Assembly (NCBI GenBank): GCA_964291415.2
Contig: OZ219920.1
Span: forward strand, 1,472,001 to 1,536,000
Source of the DNA: Alphaproteobacteria bacterium
GTDB lineage: Bacteria > Pseudomonadota > Alphaproteobacteria > SP197
Length of the DNA stretch: 64,000 bases
Direction: 5' to 3'
The translations under genes and the position numbers were made by a program. Under the pieces are notes generated by a model. It was given only the letters and a program-made list of their open reading frames with translations, was not told the origin of the DNA and ran no database searches. Shown piece after piece: positions 27,824 through 38,120 of this stretch. Numbering within the stretch: the stretch's first letter is position 1; each line of letters begins with the position of its first letter.

Positions 27824-29281
27824 TCAGCTGTCGAGGCCGGCAACGCAGACGTACTTGGATTCGACGTACTCGTCGATCCCCATGTGGCTGCCTTCGCGCC
27901 CGATCCCGGATTCCTTGACCCCGCCGAACGGCGCCACCTCGGTGGAGATGATGCCGGTGTTGACGCCGACGATACCGTACTCCAGCCCTTCGCTGACACG
28001 CCAGATGCGGCCTATGTCACGGGCATAGAAATAGCTGGCGAGGCCGAACTCCGTGTCGTTGGCGAGGGCTACCGCCTCGTCTTCGCGCTCGAACCGAAAG
28101 AGTGGCGCCAGGGGACCGAAGGTCTCGTCGCGTGCCACAAGCATCTGCGGATTGACGTCGGCCATGACCGTCGGCTCGAAGAAGGTGCCGCCGAGCGCGT
28201 GACGCTGACCGCCAACGAGGAGACGCGCACCCTTTGCCGAAGCATCGGCAATGTGCTCTTCCACCTTGTCGACAGCGGCCTGGTTGATCAACGGCCCCTG
28301 CACGACGCCCTCATCGAGGCCATTGCCCACCTTCATCTCGGCAACCCGTACCGCGAGTTTCTCGGCAAAGGCATCGTGGACCGCGGACTGCACGTAGATC
28401 CGGTTGGCGCACACGCAGGTCTGTCCCATGTTGCGGAACTTCGACTGGATGGCGCCCTCGACCGCGGCATCGAGGTCGGCGTCGTCGAACACCAGGAAGG
28501 GCGCGTTGCCACCCAGCTCCATGGTGACCTTCTTGACCGTGGATGCCGCCTGTTCCATCAGCATCTTGCCGATCTCCGTGGAGCCGGTGAAGGTGATCTT
28601 GCGAACCAGGGGATTGCCTGTGAGTTCGCTGCCGATCTCCGCCGACTTGCCGGTGAGGATGTTGAGAGCACCCTTCGGCAGTCCGGCGCGTTCGCCAAGA
28701 TCTGCGAGAGCGAAGGCCGAATAGGGTGTTTCGGTCGCCGGCTTGCAGACAATGGTGCAGCCCGCGGCGAGCGCCGGTCCCGCCTTGCGCGTGATCATGG
28801 CCGAAGGAAAGTTCCAGGGCGTGATCGCACCCACAACACCGACGGGTTCGCGCAACACCAGGATGCGGCGATCGACGAGGTGCTGGGGAATGGTCTCGCC
28901 GTAGACTCTCTTGCCCTCTTCGGCAAACCACTCGATGAAGCTTGCCGCATAGGCGATCTCGCCACGCGCCTCGGCGAGGGGCTTGCCCTGTTCGAGGGTC
29001 ATGAGCTGCGCCAGGTCTTCCTGGTTCTCGAGCATCAGCTCGAACCAGCGGCGCAGCACCGACGCCCGCTCCTTCGCCGTCTTGGCCTTCCAGGCCGGCA
29101 GTGCCGCAGCCGCGGCATCGACGGCTCTGCGGGTCTCGGACGTACCCATCCTGGGAATGGTCCCGAGCACGCCGGACGTGGCCGGATTCCTGACATCGAT
29201 GGTTTCGCCCGAATCGGCGTCGCACCAGGCGCCATCGATGTAGCACTGTTGGCGAAACAGGGTTGCGTCACTGAGATCCAT
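27824..29281 (-). CDS. gabD: NAD(P)-dependent succinate-semialdehyde dehydrogenase
   Basis: ITPWNFP, FTGSTEIG, MELGGNAP, GQTCVCANR, ETFGP. Confidence 0.92.
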   Translation of the reverse strand: MDLSDATLFRQQCYIDGAWCDADSGETIDVRNPATSGVLGTIPRMGTSETRRAVDAAAAALPAWKAKTAKERASVLRRWFELMLENQEDLAQLMTLEQGKPLAEARGEIAYAASFIEWFAEEGKRVYGETIPQHLVDRRILVLREPVGVVGAITPWNFPSAMITRKAGPALAAGCTIVCKPATETPYSAFALADLGERAGLPKGALNILTGKSAEIGSELTGNPLVRKITFTGSTEIGKMLMEQAASTVKKVTMELGGNAPFLVFDDADLDAAVEGAIQSKFRNMGQTCVCANRIYVQSAVHDAFAEKLAVRVAEMKVGNGLDEGVVQGPLINQAAVDKVEEHIADASAKGARLLVGGQRHALGGTFFEPTVMADVNPQMLVARDETFGPLAPLFRFEREDEAVALANDTEFGLASYFYARDIGRIWRVSEGLEYGIVGVNTGIISTEVAPFGGVKESGIGREGSHMGIDEYVESKYVCVAGLDS

Positions 29282-29362
29282 GGGAAATCCTCGCAAGGTT
29301 CAAGAGAAAAGACGGACAGCTGCCGGGGAGGGCGAATGTAGACCCCGGCGGCGTGATTGGGA

Positions 29363-30547
29363 ATGACAGAATTCGACTTTGACCTGGTGACCGACCGGCA
29401 CGGCACGAGCGCCGCCAAGTGGGCACACGCGCCTGCAGAGGGTGCCCCTCCCCTGCTGGCAATGTCCGTCGCCGACATGGAAATTCCGGCGCCGGATCCG
29501 GTGCTGAAAGCGATGGCCGAACGCGTCGAACACGGCATTTTCGGTTACACCATGGCCGGTGACGCCTACAACGAAGCCGTTGCTGCCTGGCAGATGGAGC
29601 GTCATCACCACGCCATCAGTCCAGAGTGGGTGGTGACCCATCACGGCGTCCTTCCCTCGCTCTTTCAAGTGATTCGCGCCTTCCTGCCCCAGGGATCCGG
29701 CATCGTGGTGATGACTCCTGCGTTCCCGCCCTTTCTCGATGCCATCGTCCTCAACGGCCATCGCGTCGTTACCTGCGGGCTGACGCGCCACGAGGACACT
29801 TACGCCATCGACTTCGAGGCCTTCGAGGAGGCCTGTGGTGATCCCGCCGTGCGGCTCTTCATCCTGTGCAATCCCCACAATCCGACCGGACGCAACTTCA
29901 CGGCGGACGAGCTTCACCGCCTTGCGGACATCGCCGCACGACACCGGGTCATGGTCTTCGCAGACGAGATTCACGGCGATCTCGTCATGCCTCCCGGGCG
30001 CCTGGTGCCCTTCCTGTCGGTCTGCGACGGTCTTGACATCGAGGTGATAGCGGCAAACGGCCTTTCCAAGACGATGAACCTCGCCGGCTTGGGCCTCAGC
30101 AATCTCACCATTCCATCCCGTGCGCTTCGCGAACGGTTCGAGGATGCCGTGCACAGGAGCGGAGAATGGGGGGTCAACCCGGTCTCCCGGGCAGCCGCTC
30201 TCGCCGGTTACGCCCACGGCGGCGCCTGGCTCGACGCGCTGCTTGATCACATTGCGGGCAACATGGCGCTCGTCGACGACTGGTGCGCCCGGGAATTTGC
30301 CGGCGTGGTGGCCCCGGTCAGAGCCGAGGCCACCTACCTGAAGTGGATCGACACCACGGGAACCGGCCTTGACGAGGAGGACCTCATGGACCGTCTGATC
30401 AACGGGCAGGGACTGATCGTTCAGGCGGGAAGCGACTTCGGCGCCATGGCGCGGGGATTCCTGCGCCTCAATCTTGCCTGTCCCCGTACCATGGTGACGA
30501 CGGCCATGACCCGCATCGCGAGGGCCATCGGGCCGGCGAAGGGCTGA
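29363..30547 (+). CDS. MalY/PatB family PLP-dependent C-S lyase
   Basis: VADM, HGIFGY, LCNPHNPTGR, DEIHGD, SKTMNLAG, ATYLKWID, RLNLACP. Confidence 0.9.
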   Translation: MTEFDFDLVTDRHGTSAAKWAHAPAEGAPPLLAMSVADMEIPAPDPVLKAMAERVEHGIFGYTMAGDAYNEAVAAWQMERHHHAISPEWVVTHHGVLPSLFQVIRAFLPQGSGIVVMTPAFPPFLDAIVLNGHRVVTCGLTRHEDTYAIDFEAFEEACGDPAVRLFILCNPHNPTGRNFTADELHRLADIAARHRVMVFADEIHGDLVMPPGRLVPFLSVCDGLDIEVIAANGLSKTMNLAGLGLSNLTIPSRALRERFEDAVHRSGEWGVNPVSRAAALAGYAHGGAWLDALLDHIAGNMALVDDWCAREFAGVVAPVRAEATYLKWIDTTGTGLDEEDLMDRLINGQGLIVQAGSDFGAMARGFLRLNLACPRTMVTTAMTRIARAIGPAKG

Positions 30548-30556
30548 AGCGACCGC

Positions 30557-32380
30557 CTATTCTACCGTGACACTCTTGGCGAGATTGCGCGGCTGATCGA
30601 CATCCGTGCCTTTGCGCACGGCCGCGTGGTAGGCGATCATCTGCACCGGAATCGCGTGAACAAGCGGCGTGACGAGCGCGTCGACGGTTGGCAGGACAAC
30701 TGTCCTGTCGGCGACAGGGCCCGCACCGGCCGCGCCGGTCTCGTCGGTAATGAGAATGATCCTGCCCCCTCGCGCCCTCGCTTCCTCCACGTTGGACATC
30801 GTCTTGTCGAAGAGATCATCACCCGGGGCAACGACGATGACCGGAACATGCTCGTCGATCAGCGCGATCGGCCCGTGCTTCATCTCTCCTGCGGCATGGG
30901 CCTCCGCGTGAATGTAGCTGATCTCCTTCAGCTTCAGCGCTCCCTCCATGGCAATGACCGCAGACGTGCCGCGGCCGAGGTAGAGAACGTGGCGCGACTC
31001 CGCAATGTCTGAGGCGATTCGCCGGAACTCCTCTTCCATGGCGATGACGCGCGCCAGTGTCGAGGGCAGTGTGGTCAGCACACCGGCGAGGCGGGCGATC
31101 TCACGCTGATCGATGACCCCGCGGTCACGCGCCGTCGCCACGGCGAGGCAGAGGAGGACGGCGATCTGCGAGGTGAAGGTCTTGGTTGCGGCCACACCGA
31201 TCTCGGGCCCGGCGTGGGTGGCGAGCACAAGGTCCGCCTCCCTTGCCACCGTGCTGGTCTCGGTATTGGTGACCGCGAGGACGGTCCTGCCGAGACCACG
31301 GGCATAGCGCATCGCGGCCAGGGTGTCGGCGGTCTCTCCCGACTGCGAGATGAAGACACCGAGACTGTCCTCGACCATCGGCGCCTGGCGGTAGCGGAAC
31401 TCCGAGGCAATGTCCGCGTCGGCGGGCAGCCTGGCCAGCCGTTCGAGCCAGTACTTGCCGATGAGAGCTGCATAGTAGGCCGTGCCGCAGGCGATCAGGG
31501 TCATCCGTTCGACCGCGCCGGGGCCAAGCGAAGCGCCGGGAATCGTGATTGAACCCGCCTCGGGGTCGAGGTAGCGGCCCAGGGTTTCGCCAACGGCCAC
31601 CGGTTGCTCATGGATTTCCTTCTCCATGAAGTGGCGGTAGTTCCCCTTCCCGATCACCGCGCCGGAGAGTTCGGTATCCACGACCGGGCGCTCCACGGGA
31701 CGACCACCCGTGTCGAGAATGTCGATACCGTCACGGCGAACAAGAGCAAGGTCGTCCTCTTCCAGGTAGGAGACCTTGCGGGTGTGACCGGCAAGGGCGA
31801 TGGCATCGGAGGCAAGGAAGAGACCTGCTTCGCCCCAGCCCACCGCAAGCGGTGCTCCCCGCCTTGCTCCGGCAAGCACCACATCGTCGCCCTCGATGAG
31901 AAGGGCGAGGGCGAACATGCCCTCGAGACGGTCCATCAGGGCGATTACCGCCGCCGCCGGAGTCCCCTCGGTTTCCAGCAACGCGTCAAACAGGTGGGCC
32001 ACCACCTCGGTATCCGTGTCCGACTCGAAGCAGCGCCCCCTGGCGCGCATCTCGTCGCGCAGCGCACGATAGTTCTCGATGATGCCGTTGTGAACGACGG
32101 CAACCCGTCCGGTCATGTGGGGGTGGGCATTCCTGCGCGTGGGCGCTCCATGGGTCGCCCATCGCGTATGACCTACCCCGGCCTTCCCCGTCACGCCGTT
32201 CGAGGTCAATGCGGCCTCGAGATTGGCGATCTTGCCGGCCTCGCGCCGACGCACGATTCCAGCCTGGTTGAGAACCGCGATGCCAGCCGAATCGTAGCCG
32301 CGATACTCGAGCCGGCGCAGTCCGTCGAGGAGTACCGGGACCGCCTCGTCGTCGCCCAGATAGCCGATGATCCCGCACAT
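30557..32380 (-). CDS. glmS: Glutamine-fructose-6-phosphate aminotransferase
   Basis: MCGIIG, LEYRGYDSAG, GHTRWATHG, DQPRNLAKSVTVE. Confidence 0.98.
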   Translation of the reverse strand: MCGIIGYLGDDEAVPVLLDGLRRLEYRGYDSAGIAVLNQAGIVRRREAGKIANLEAALTSNGVTGKAGVGHTRWATHGAPTRRNAHPHMTGRVAVVHNGIIENYRALRDEMRARGRCFESDTDTEVVAHLFDALLETEGTPAAAVIALMDRLEGMFALALLIEGDDVVLAGARRGAPLAVGWGEAGLFLASDAIALAGHTRKVSYLEEDDLALVRRDGIDILDTGGRPVERPVVDTELSGAVIGKGNYRHFMEKEIHEQPVAVGETLGRYLDPEAGSITIPGASLGPGAVERMTLIACGTAYYAALIGKYWLERLARLPADADIASEFRYRQAPMVEDSLGVFISQSGETADTLAAMRYARGLGRTVLAVTNTETSTVAREADLVLATHAGPEIGVAATKTFTSQIAVLLCLAVATARDRGVIDQREIARLAGVLTTLPSTLARVIAMEEEFRRIASDIAESRHVLYLGRGTSAVIAMEGALKLKEISYIHAEAHAAGEMKHGPIALIDEHVPVIVVAPGDDLFDKTMSNVEEARARGGRIILITDETGAAGAGPVADRTVVLPTVDALVTPLVHAIPVQMIAYHAAVRKGTDVDQPRNLAKSVTVE

Positions 32381-32386
32381 GGCCTG

Positions 32387-33748
32387 TCAGCTTCCGCTGC
32401 CTGACTTGCTGCGGCGCCACCGGGAGGCCACGCGCTCGCGAACCGTTTGAGGCGCCCGTTCGAGGGCGATGGCGTCATCGCCGACATCCCGGGTAATCGT
32501 GCTGCCGGCGCCAACCATCGTGCCGTCCCCAATGGTGAGCGGCGCCACGAGGGAGGCGTTGGACCCGATGAACGCCCCCTCGCCTATCCGCGTCGGATGC
32601 TTGGACACTCCGTCGTAATTGCAGATCACGACTCCGGCGCCGAGATTCGTCCCGGCACCGACCTCGGCATCGCCGACGTAGGCCAGGTGGTTCGCCTTCA
32701 CGCCCGTCTCCAGCGTCGAGGCCTTGATCTCGACGAAATTGCCGATTCTCGTGTCAGTGCCGAGGCGAGTGCCGGGGCGCAATCGGGCGAAGGGGCCGAT
32801 CACGGCGCCGTCACCGACATGACAGTCCTCGAGGTGACTGAAGCTGCGGATGATGGCGCCGTTGCCGATCGTCACACCCGGCCGGATCACCACATCGGGC
32901 TCGATCACGACATCGCGCCCGATCACCGTATCCCAGGAGAGCCACACCGTCTCCGGCGCCACCATCGAACAGCCGGCGACCATGGCGGCATGGCGAAGGC
33001 GGCGCTGCATGACCACTTCGAAACGGGCCAGGTCCACACGATCATCGGCGCCGACGGTATCGTCGGGATCCGTGGTCTCGAGAACGGTCGTCGCCAGGCC
33101 CCGGCGCCGGGCAATCGCGACAACGTCGGACAGGTAGAATTCACCCTTGGTGTTGTCGTTGGAAACCTCGTCAAGGAGTTCGAAGAGACGCCCTGCCTCG
33201 ATACTCATCATCCCCGAGTTGCACAGAGTCGAGGCACGCTCGACTTCGCTGGCATCGTGAAACTCGACAATTCTCTCGAGGGAACCGTCGGCACCGACCA
33301 CCAGCCGGCCGTAGCGGTTGGCTGAAGCGACGTGCACGCCCAGGACCGAGGCCACGGCGCCGCTCCTGCGTCGCGCCACGACGAGATCGTGAATGGCGGA
33401 CGCCTGCAGCGTCGGCGCATCGCCGAACAGCACCACGACATCTCCGTCGTCGGCCAGTCCCTGGAGGGCGCGACATGCCGCCTTGACCGCATCGGCCGTG
33501 CCGCGCGGTTCCTGCTGGACGACGACACTGGCGGGCCTGACCGCTTCGGCCGTCTTCTCGTCTCCGGGTCCGGTCACCACGACGACGCGTTCGGGCCCGA
33601 TCGGCTCGGCTGCGGCGATCACGTGATTCACCATGGGCCTGCCGACGACCGTGTGCATGGCCTTGGGCAGGTCCGATTTCATGCGCGTGCCCCGTCCTGC
33701 CGCGAGCACGACCACGGCGACGTCCTTCAGGGCGAGAGCGGAATCCAT
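32387..33748 (-). CDS. glmU: Bifunctional UDP-GlcNAc pyrophosphorylase/acetyltransferase
   Basis: LAAGRGTRMKSDLPK, hexapeptide repeats, GNFVEIK, CNYDG. Confidence 0.96.
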   Translation of the reverse strand: MDSALALKDVAVVVLAAGRGTRMKSDLPKAMHTVVGRPMVNHVIAAAEPIGPERVVVVTGPGDEKTAEAVRPASVVVQQEPRGTADAVKAACRALQGLADDGDVVVLFGDAPTLQASAIHDLVVARRRSGAVASVLGVHVASANRYGRLVVGADGSLERIVEFHDASEVERASTLCNSGMMSIEAGRLFELLDEVSNDNTKGEFYLSDVVAIARRRGLATTVLETTDPDDTVGADDRVDLARFEVVMQRRLRHAAMVAGCSMVAPETVWLSWDTVIGRDVVIEPDVVIRPGVTIGNGAIIRSFSHLEDCHVGDGAVIGPFARLRPGTRLGTDTRIGNFVEIKASTLETGVKANHLAYVGDAEVGAGTNLGAGVVICNYDGVSKHPTRIGEGAFIGSNASLVAPLTIGDGTMVGAGSTITRDVGDDAIALERAPQTVRERVASRWRRSKSGSGS

Positions 33749-33873
33749 GCATACCCCTTTCGGTAACCAGCGGTTGGTGCCACACTTGAAAAAGTGACCG
33801 AAGTCAAGAATTGCAACACTCAATGACACGATTCCGCCGCCACAGCGGGCCTCTTCCGCCTGCTGCCATGTGA

Positions 33874-34554
33874 GTGCACGTGGCAAGCGTCCTCAGGCAC
33901 AGGTTTCGCGCGGTCATCTTCGATCTGGACGGTACGCTGATCGACAGCGCGCCGGATATCGCCGATGCCATCAACATGGTGATGGCCGAATACGGGCGCC
34001 AGGCGCTGACCGAACGGGCGGTGCGGGACATGGTGGGCAGCGGCTGGACGGGCCTTCTTGAACGCGCCATGACCCTGACCGGGGGTATGCCCGAAGGGGC
34101 CGCCTCTGCCATCGAGGACAGGTTTCGCCAGTTCTACCTGCCGCGCAGCACGCGCCTCTCAAGCCTCTATCCGGGCGTTGCCGGGACCATCGACGCACTC
34201 CGGCGGGACGGCACGGCGATCGGCGTGTGCACGAACAAGCGGCAGGCCGGCGCCGATCATGTCGTTGCCACATTCGGCCTCGAGCAGGCCGTCGGCGCCG
34301 TGGTTGGCGGCGATACCGGCGTGATGAAACCCGACCCGGCCCATCTGGCCAAGGTGCTCAACCGGCTCGGTGTGGGCGCCGCCGATGCCGTCATGGTGGG
34401 AGACAGCCACGCCGACGTGGCCGCCGCCCACGGCGCCGGCATGCCGTGCGTCGTCGTCAGTTACGGCTATGCCGGTGGAGAGCCCGCTGCGCTGGGCGGC
34501 GACCGCATGATCGACTGCATGAAGGACCTCATCCCGGCACTCACCGGTCTGTGA
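33874..34554 (+). CDS. gph: Phosphoglycolate phosphatase-like HAD hydrolase
   Basis: FDLDGTLIDS, CTNK, KPDP, MVGDS; divergent from glmU. Confidence 0.85.
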   Translation: MHVASVLRHRFRAVIFDLDGTLIDSAPDIADAINMVMAEYGRQALTERAVRDMVGSGWTGLLERAMTLTGGMPEGAASAIEDRFRQFYLPRSTRLSSLYPGVAGTIDALRRDGTAIGVCTNKRQAGADHVVATFGLEQAVGAVVGGDTGVMKPDPAHLAKVLNRLGVGAADAVMVGDSHADVAAAHGAGMPCVVVSYGYAGGEPAALGGDRMIDCMKDLIPALTGL

Positions 34555-34567
34555 GCATGCAATCGGA

Positions 34568-36097
34568 TCAGGTGACCGTATCGGGCAGTTCCGTCTTGCG
34601 GCGGGCTATGAAGTCCTGCAGGGCCTCGTCACGGGCCTGGTCCAGAGGCGGCGGCTCGTAGGCCTCAAGGCGCCGGCGGGCGATGGCCACGGCGCGCTCG
34701 TCATGGGTGAGTTCGCCCTCGGCCTGCCACTGCTCGAAACTGTTGTTGTCGGCGATCTCGGGGATGAAGAATCCTTCGAGGTAGTTCCGCCTGGTATGGG
34801 CACAACCGAGGAAGTGGTTGCCCGGACCGACTTCGCGTATCGCCTCGAGACCGAGGCCATTCTCCGAAAGATCGAGCCGGCGGCAGAAACTCTGCAGCAT
34901 CGCCACCTGTTCGGTATCCATGATGAACTTGCCGTAGCCGGCGGTCAGCCCCGCCTCGAGCCAACCCGCGGCATGGAGCACGAAGTTGGTCCCGGCCAGC
35001 AGCGTTGCCGTCATGGTCTGCATCGACTCATAGGCTGCCTGGGCATCGGCGACCTTGGCGCCATTGAGCATGCCGCCGGATCGCAGCGGGACCCGGTAGC
35101 GGCGGGCGAGCTGTCCCACCGCGTAGATCATCTGCAAAGTCTCCGGTGTTCCCATCATCGGCGCCCCCGACCGCATCGAGACGGTGGCAAGGAAGCTGCC
35201 GTACACCATGGGCACCCCGGGACGGACGATCTGGGCATAGGCGAGACCCGACACCACCTCGGCATTGAGCTGGGCGATGGCGCCGGCGGTCACCACCGGA
35301 GCCATGGCCCCTGCCATGATGAACGGGGTCACGAGTACAGCCTGGTTGTGTTCGGCGTAGTGACGCAATGCGCCAATCATGGAGCCGTCCCAGACGAGGG
35401 GCGAGTTGCAGTTGACGACCGAAGTCATCACCGTGTTCTCGCGAATGGTGTCTGCGCCGAAGAGAATCTCGCACAGGCGGCACGAATCGAGAGCGCGTTC
35501 GGGCGCCGACTGCACGCCCATGAACGGCTTGTCGGAGTACTTCATGTGAGAATAGACGATATCGAGATGGCGCCTGGGCACGGGCACGTCCACCGGTTCG
35601 CAGATGATCCCGCCGGAATGGTGAATCACCGGCGACATGTAGGCGAGCTTGATGAAGTTCTGCAGGTCCTCGAGTGTCGCGTAGCGACGCTGGTTCGAAA
35701 GATCGCGGACGAAGGGCGAACCGAACGTGGGGGCAAAGACCGTGTTGTCGCCGCCGACCACCACGTTGCGCTCAGGGTTGCGCGCCATCTGCACATAGCT
35801 TTCCGGCACCTTTGCAAGGAGATCCTCTATCAGGGCCCGCGGAATCCTCACCCGCTCGCCCGTCACGTCGGCACCCGCCTCCTTCCACTGGCGGCAGGCC
35901 TCGCCATCGCGGAAGTCGATGCCGGTTTCCTCGAGGATCTGCATGGAGGTGTGGTGAAGCAGATCGACTCCCCCCTCGTCGAGGAGCTCGTAGACCGGTA
36001 TCTCGCGCGTGATGTAGCGCTTCTGGACAATGGGCGCACCGATGCGCTCGCGATGGCGTCTGGCCCGTCCCCCGCGCCGGCCACGCGTTTCAGCCAT
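34568..36097 (-). CDS. Trimethylamine methyltransferase (MttB) superfamily, non-pyrrolysine
   Basis: CEPVDVP, SDKPFMG, NSPLVWD, PFIMAGAMAP, HAAGWLE, GPGNHFLG; no in-frame TAG. Confidence 0.92.
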   Translation of the reverse strand: MAETRGRRGGRARRHRERIGAPIVQKRYITREIPVYELLDEGGVDLLHHTSMQILEETGIDFRDGEACRQWKEAGADVTGERVRIPRALIEDLLAKVPESYVQMARNPERNVVVGGDNTVFAPTFGSPFVRDLSNQRRYATLEDLQNFIKLAYMSPVIHHSGGIICEPVDVPVPRRHLDIVYSHMKYSDKPFMGVQSAPERALDSCRLCEILFGADTIRENTVMTSVVNCNSPLVWDGSMIGALRHYAEHNQAVLVTPFIMAGAMAPVVTAGAIAQLNAEVVSGLAYAQIVRPGVPMVYGSFLATVSMRSGAPMMGTPETLQMIYAVGQLARRYRVPLRSGGMLNGAKVADAQAAYESMQTMTATLLAGTNFVLHAAGWLEAGLTAGYGKFIMDTEQVAMLQSFCRRLDLSENGLGLEAIREVGPGNHFLGCAHTRRNYLEGFFIPEIADNNSFEQWQAEGELTHDERAVAIARRRLEAYEPPPLDQARDEALQDFIARRKTELPDTVT

Positions 36098-36246
36098 GTC
36101 TCGTTCCCCCGTTGAGCGCGGCCGCATGTGAAATCAAGGGGCGAGGCAAGTCAATCGGGCAAAGCCGATTGACACGCCCGCCACGCCTTATCTAATGTGC
36201 GCCGGCATTTTCCGGCGGCCCTTGACTGCCAGGCTGGCGAGACGAC

Positions 36247-36576
36247 ATGGCGGATGATCCGTCCGATCTTGAGACACGAATCGCCGCAGCCCGAAAGAAG
36301 GGCAGGGGTGGCAGGACGACGGGGAAGGCACAGGCATCCGGTTACGGCATGGCCGTCCGCATGGCGGTCGAAATGGTTGCTGCCCTGGCCGTTTCCGTCT
36401 TTCTGGGACTCTGGATCGACGGGGAGCTGGATACCGCGCCGCTGTTCCTGGTGATCTTTCTGGTCATGGGCATGGCGGCCGGTGTCATCAACGTTGTGAG
36501 GGCGGCAGGGATGATGACTCGCGGATCGCAGTGCGGTCCCGTGGACGGCGAAGAGGATCGAACGCGTGGCGACTGA
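36247..36576 (+). CDS. atpI: ATP synthase protein I (AtpZ/AtpI)
   Basis: Two TM helices, GLWID...TAP; first gene of the Fo operon. Confidence 0.85.
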   Translation: MADDPSDLETRIAAARKKGRGGRTTGKAQASGYGMAVRMAVEMVAALAVSVFLGLWIDGELDTAPLFLVIFLVMGMAAGVINVVRAAGMMTRGSQCGPVDGEEDRTRGD

Positions 36577-37315
36577 CTCCGGACACAATCCGCTTGATCA
36601 GTTTGCAGTGTCGCCAATCGTCGAGTTCGGCATCGGCGACCTCGACCTTGCGATTACCAACTCGGTCATCTGGATGATGGCGGCAACTGCACTCGTCATC
36701 GTCTTCACCACCGTGTTCATCGGACGGCGCAGCATGGTCCCGGGACGCATGCAGTCCCTGGTGGAGATCTCCTACGAGTTCATCGCCAACATGCTGGAGG
36801 ACAACGTGGGGGAACAGGGCCGTCCCTTCTTTCCCTTCGTCTTCACCCTCTTCATGTTCATTCTCTTCTGCAACATGCTGGGCATGCTGCCGTACAGCTT
36901 CACGGTCACAAGCCAGATCGTTGTCACCTTCGCACTCGCCCTTGTCGTCTTCATCGGGGTCACGATCGTCGGTTTCGTGAAACATGGGCTGGGCTTCTTC
37001 AGGTTCTTCCTGCCCCACGGTGTCCCGGGCTTTCTTGCTCCCCTTGTGATCCCCATCGAGATCCTGTCCTATCTCATTCGCCCGGTGAGCCTGGGCCTGC
37101 GCCTCTTTGCCAACCTGACGGCTGGCCACACCATGCTGAAGGTGTTCGCCGGCTTCGTGGCGCCGCTGGGGGCCCTGTGGATCCTCCCTGGCGCCGTCCC
37201 CATGGCGGCAGTCATTGGATTGACATTTCTCGAATTCGCCATCGCGTTCCTGCAAGCCTATGTGTTTGCCGTGCTGAGCTGTATCTACCTGCACGACGCG
37301 ATTCACATGCACTGA
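36566..37315 (+). CDS. atpB: ATP synthase Fo subunit a
   Basis: VPGRMQS, RPVSLGLRLFANLTAGH, LQAYVF. Confidence 0.97.
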   Translation: MATDSGHNPLDQFAVSPIVEFGIGDLDLAITNSVIWMMAATALVIVFTTVFIGRRSMVPGRMQSLVEISYEFIANMLEDNVGEQGRPFFPFVFTLFMFILFCNMLGMLPYSFTVTSQIVVTFALALVVFIGVTIVGFVKHGLGFFRFFLPHGVPGFLAPLVIPIEILSYLIRPVSLGLRLFANLTAGHTMLKVFAGFVAPLGALWILPGAVPMAAVIGLTFLEFAIAFLQAYVFAVLSCIYLHDAIHMH

Positions 37316-37369
37316 CGGGTTTCCTCCCGTCCAGGCAAACCCTCCTCGAACTGGAAAGGACCTTTCATG

Positions 37370-37597
37370 ATGGATGCAGAAGCTGCAAAGCTCATTGGCG
37401 CCGGCCTTGCGGTGATCGGACTGGGTGGCGTTGGTGCCGGTATCGGCCATATCTTCGCCTCGATGATCTCCGCGGTCGGACGCAATCCGGCGGCGGCCGG
37501 CAATGTCCAGGGCTTCATGTGGATCGGCTTCGCCCTCGTCGAGGCCGTGGCGCTTTACGCCCTGCTCATCGCCCTGCTTCTCCTCTTCGTCTTCTGA
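37370..37597 (+). CDS. atpE: ATP synthase Fo subunit c
   Basis: GLGGVGAGIG, RNP loop, ALVEA acidic site. Confidence 0.97.
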   Translation: MDAEAAKLIGAGLAVIGLGGVGAGIGHIFASMISAVGRNPAAAGNVQGFMWIGFALVEAVALYALLIALLLLFVF

Positions 37598-37632
37598 TCA
37601 CGCGCGGCGTCTGAGCCGGAGGACAACGATCC

Positions 37633-38118
37633 ATGCCACAGCTGGAATTCTGGCACTTCCTGCCGCAGTTCTTCTGGCTCGCGGTCTGCTTCGTGTTCCT
37701 CTATGTCATCATGGCATTCGTTGCGTTGCCACGAATCGGCCGTGTCCTGACCGACCGCAAGCACAGGATCGAACAGGATCTTGATGGCGCCGAGAAGGCG
37801 AGAGCCGACGCCGAACAGGCGCGTCTCGATTATGAAAGTTCTCTCGAGGAGGCCCGCAACAGGGCGCGATCCATCATCGGCGAGGCCGTTCAGCAGGCGG
37901 CCGACGAGGGGGAACGGCAGTTCGAGGCGCTCGACCGCGAAACCGGTCGCGAACTCGAGGACGCACAACGCGCCATCGACGAAGCCCGGGCCGCAGCCCT
38001 TGCCAATCTCGAAGGCGTGGCCGTGGAAGCGGCGCGCCTGGCAACCCGGCGGCTGACCGGAGCCGACGTCAGCGACGAGGATGCCCTCAGGGCGCTGGCG
38101 GCTGTTCGGGAGAACTGA
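37633..38118 (+). CDS. ATP synthase Fo subunit b'
   Basis: MPQL...QFFWL, N-terminal TM plus coiled coil. Confidence 0.92.
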   Translation: MPQLEFWHFLPQFFWLAVCFVFLYVIMAFVALPRIGRVLTDRKHRIEQDLDGAEKARADAEQARLDYESSLEEARNRARSIIGEAVQQAADEGERQFEALDRETGRELEDAQRAIDEARAAALANLEGVAVEAARLATRRLTGADVSDEDALRALAAVREN

Positions 38119-38120
38119 CC

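Noticed and set aside
34568-36097. Pyrrolysine recoding in MttB
   Set aside because: ORF is continuous with no in-frame TAG, and no pyl genes are present
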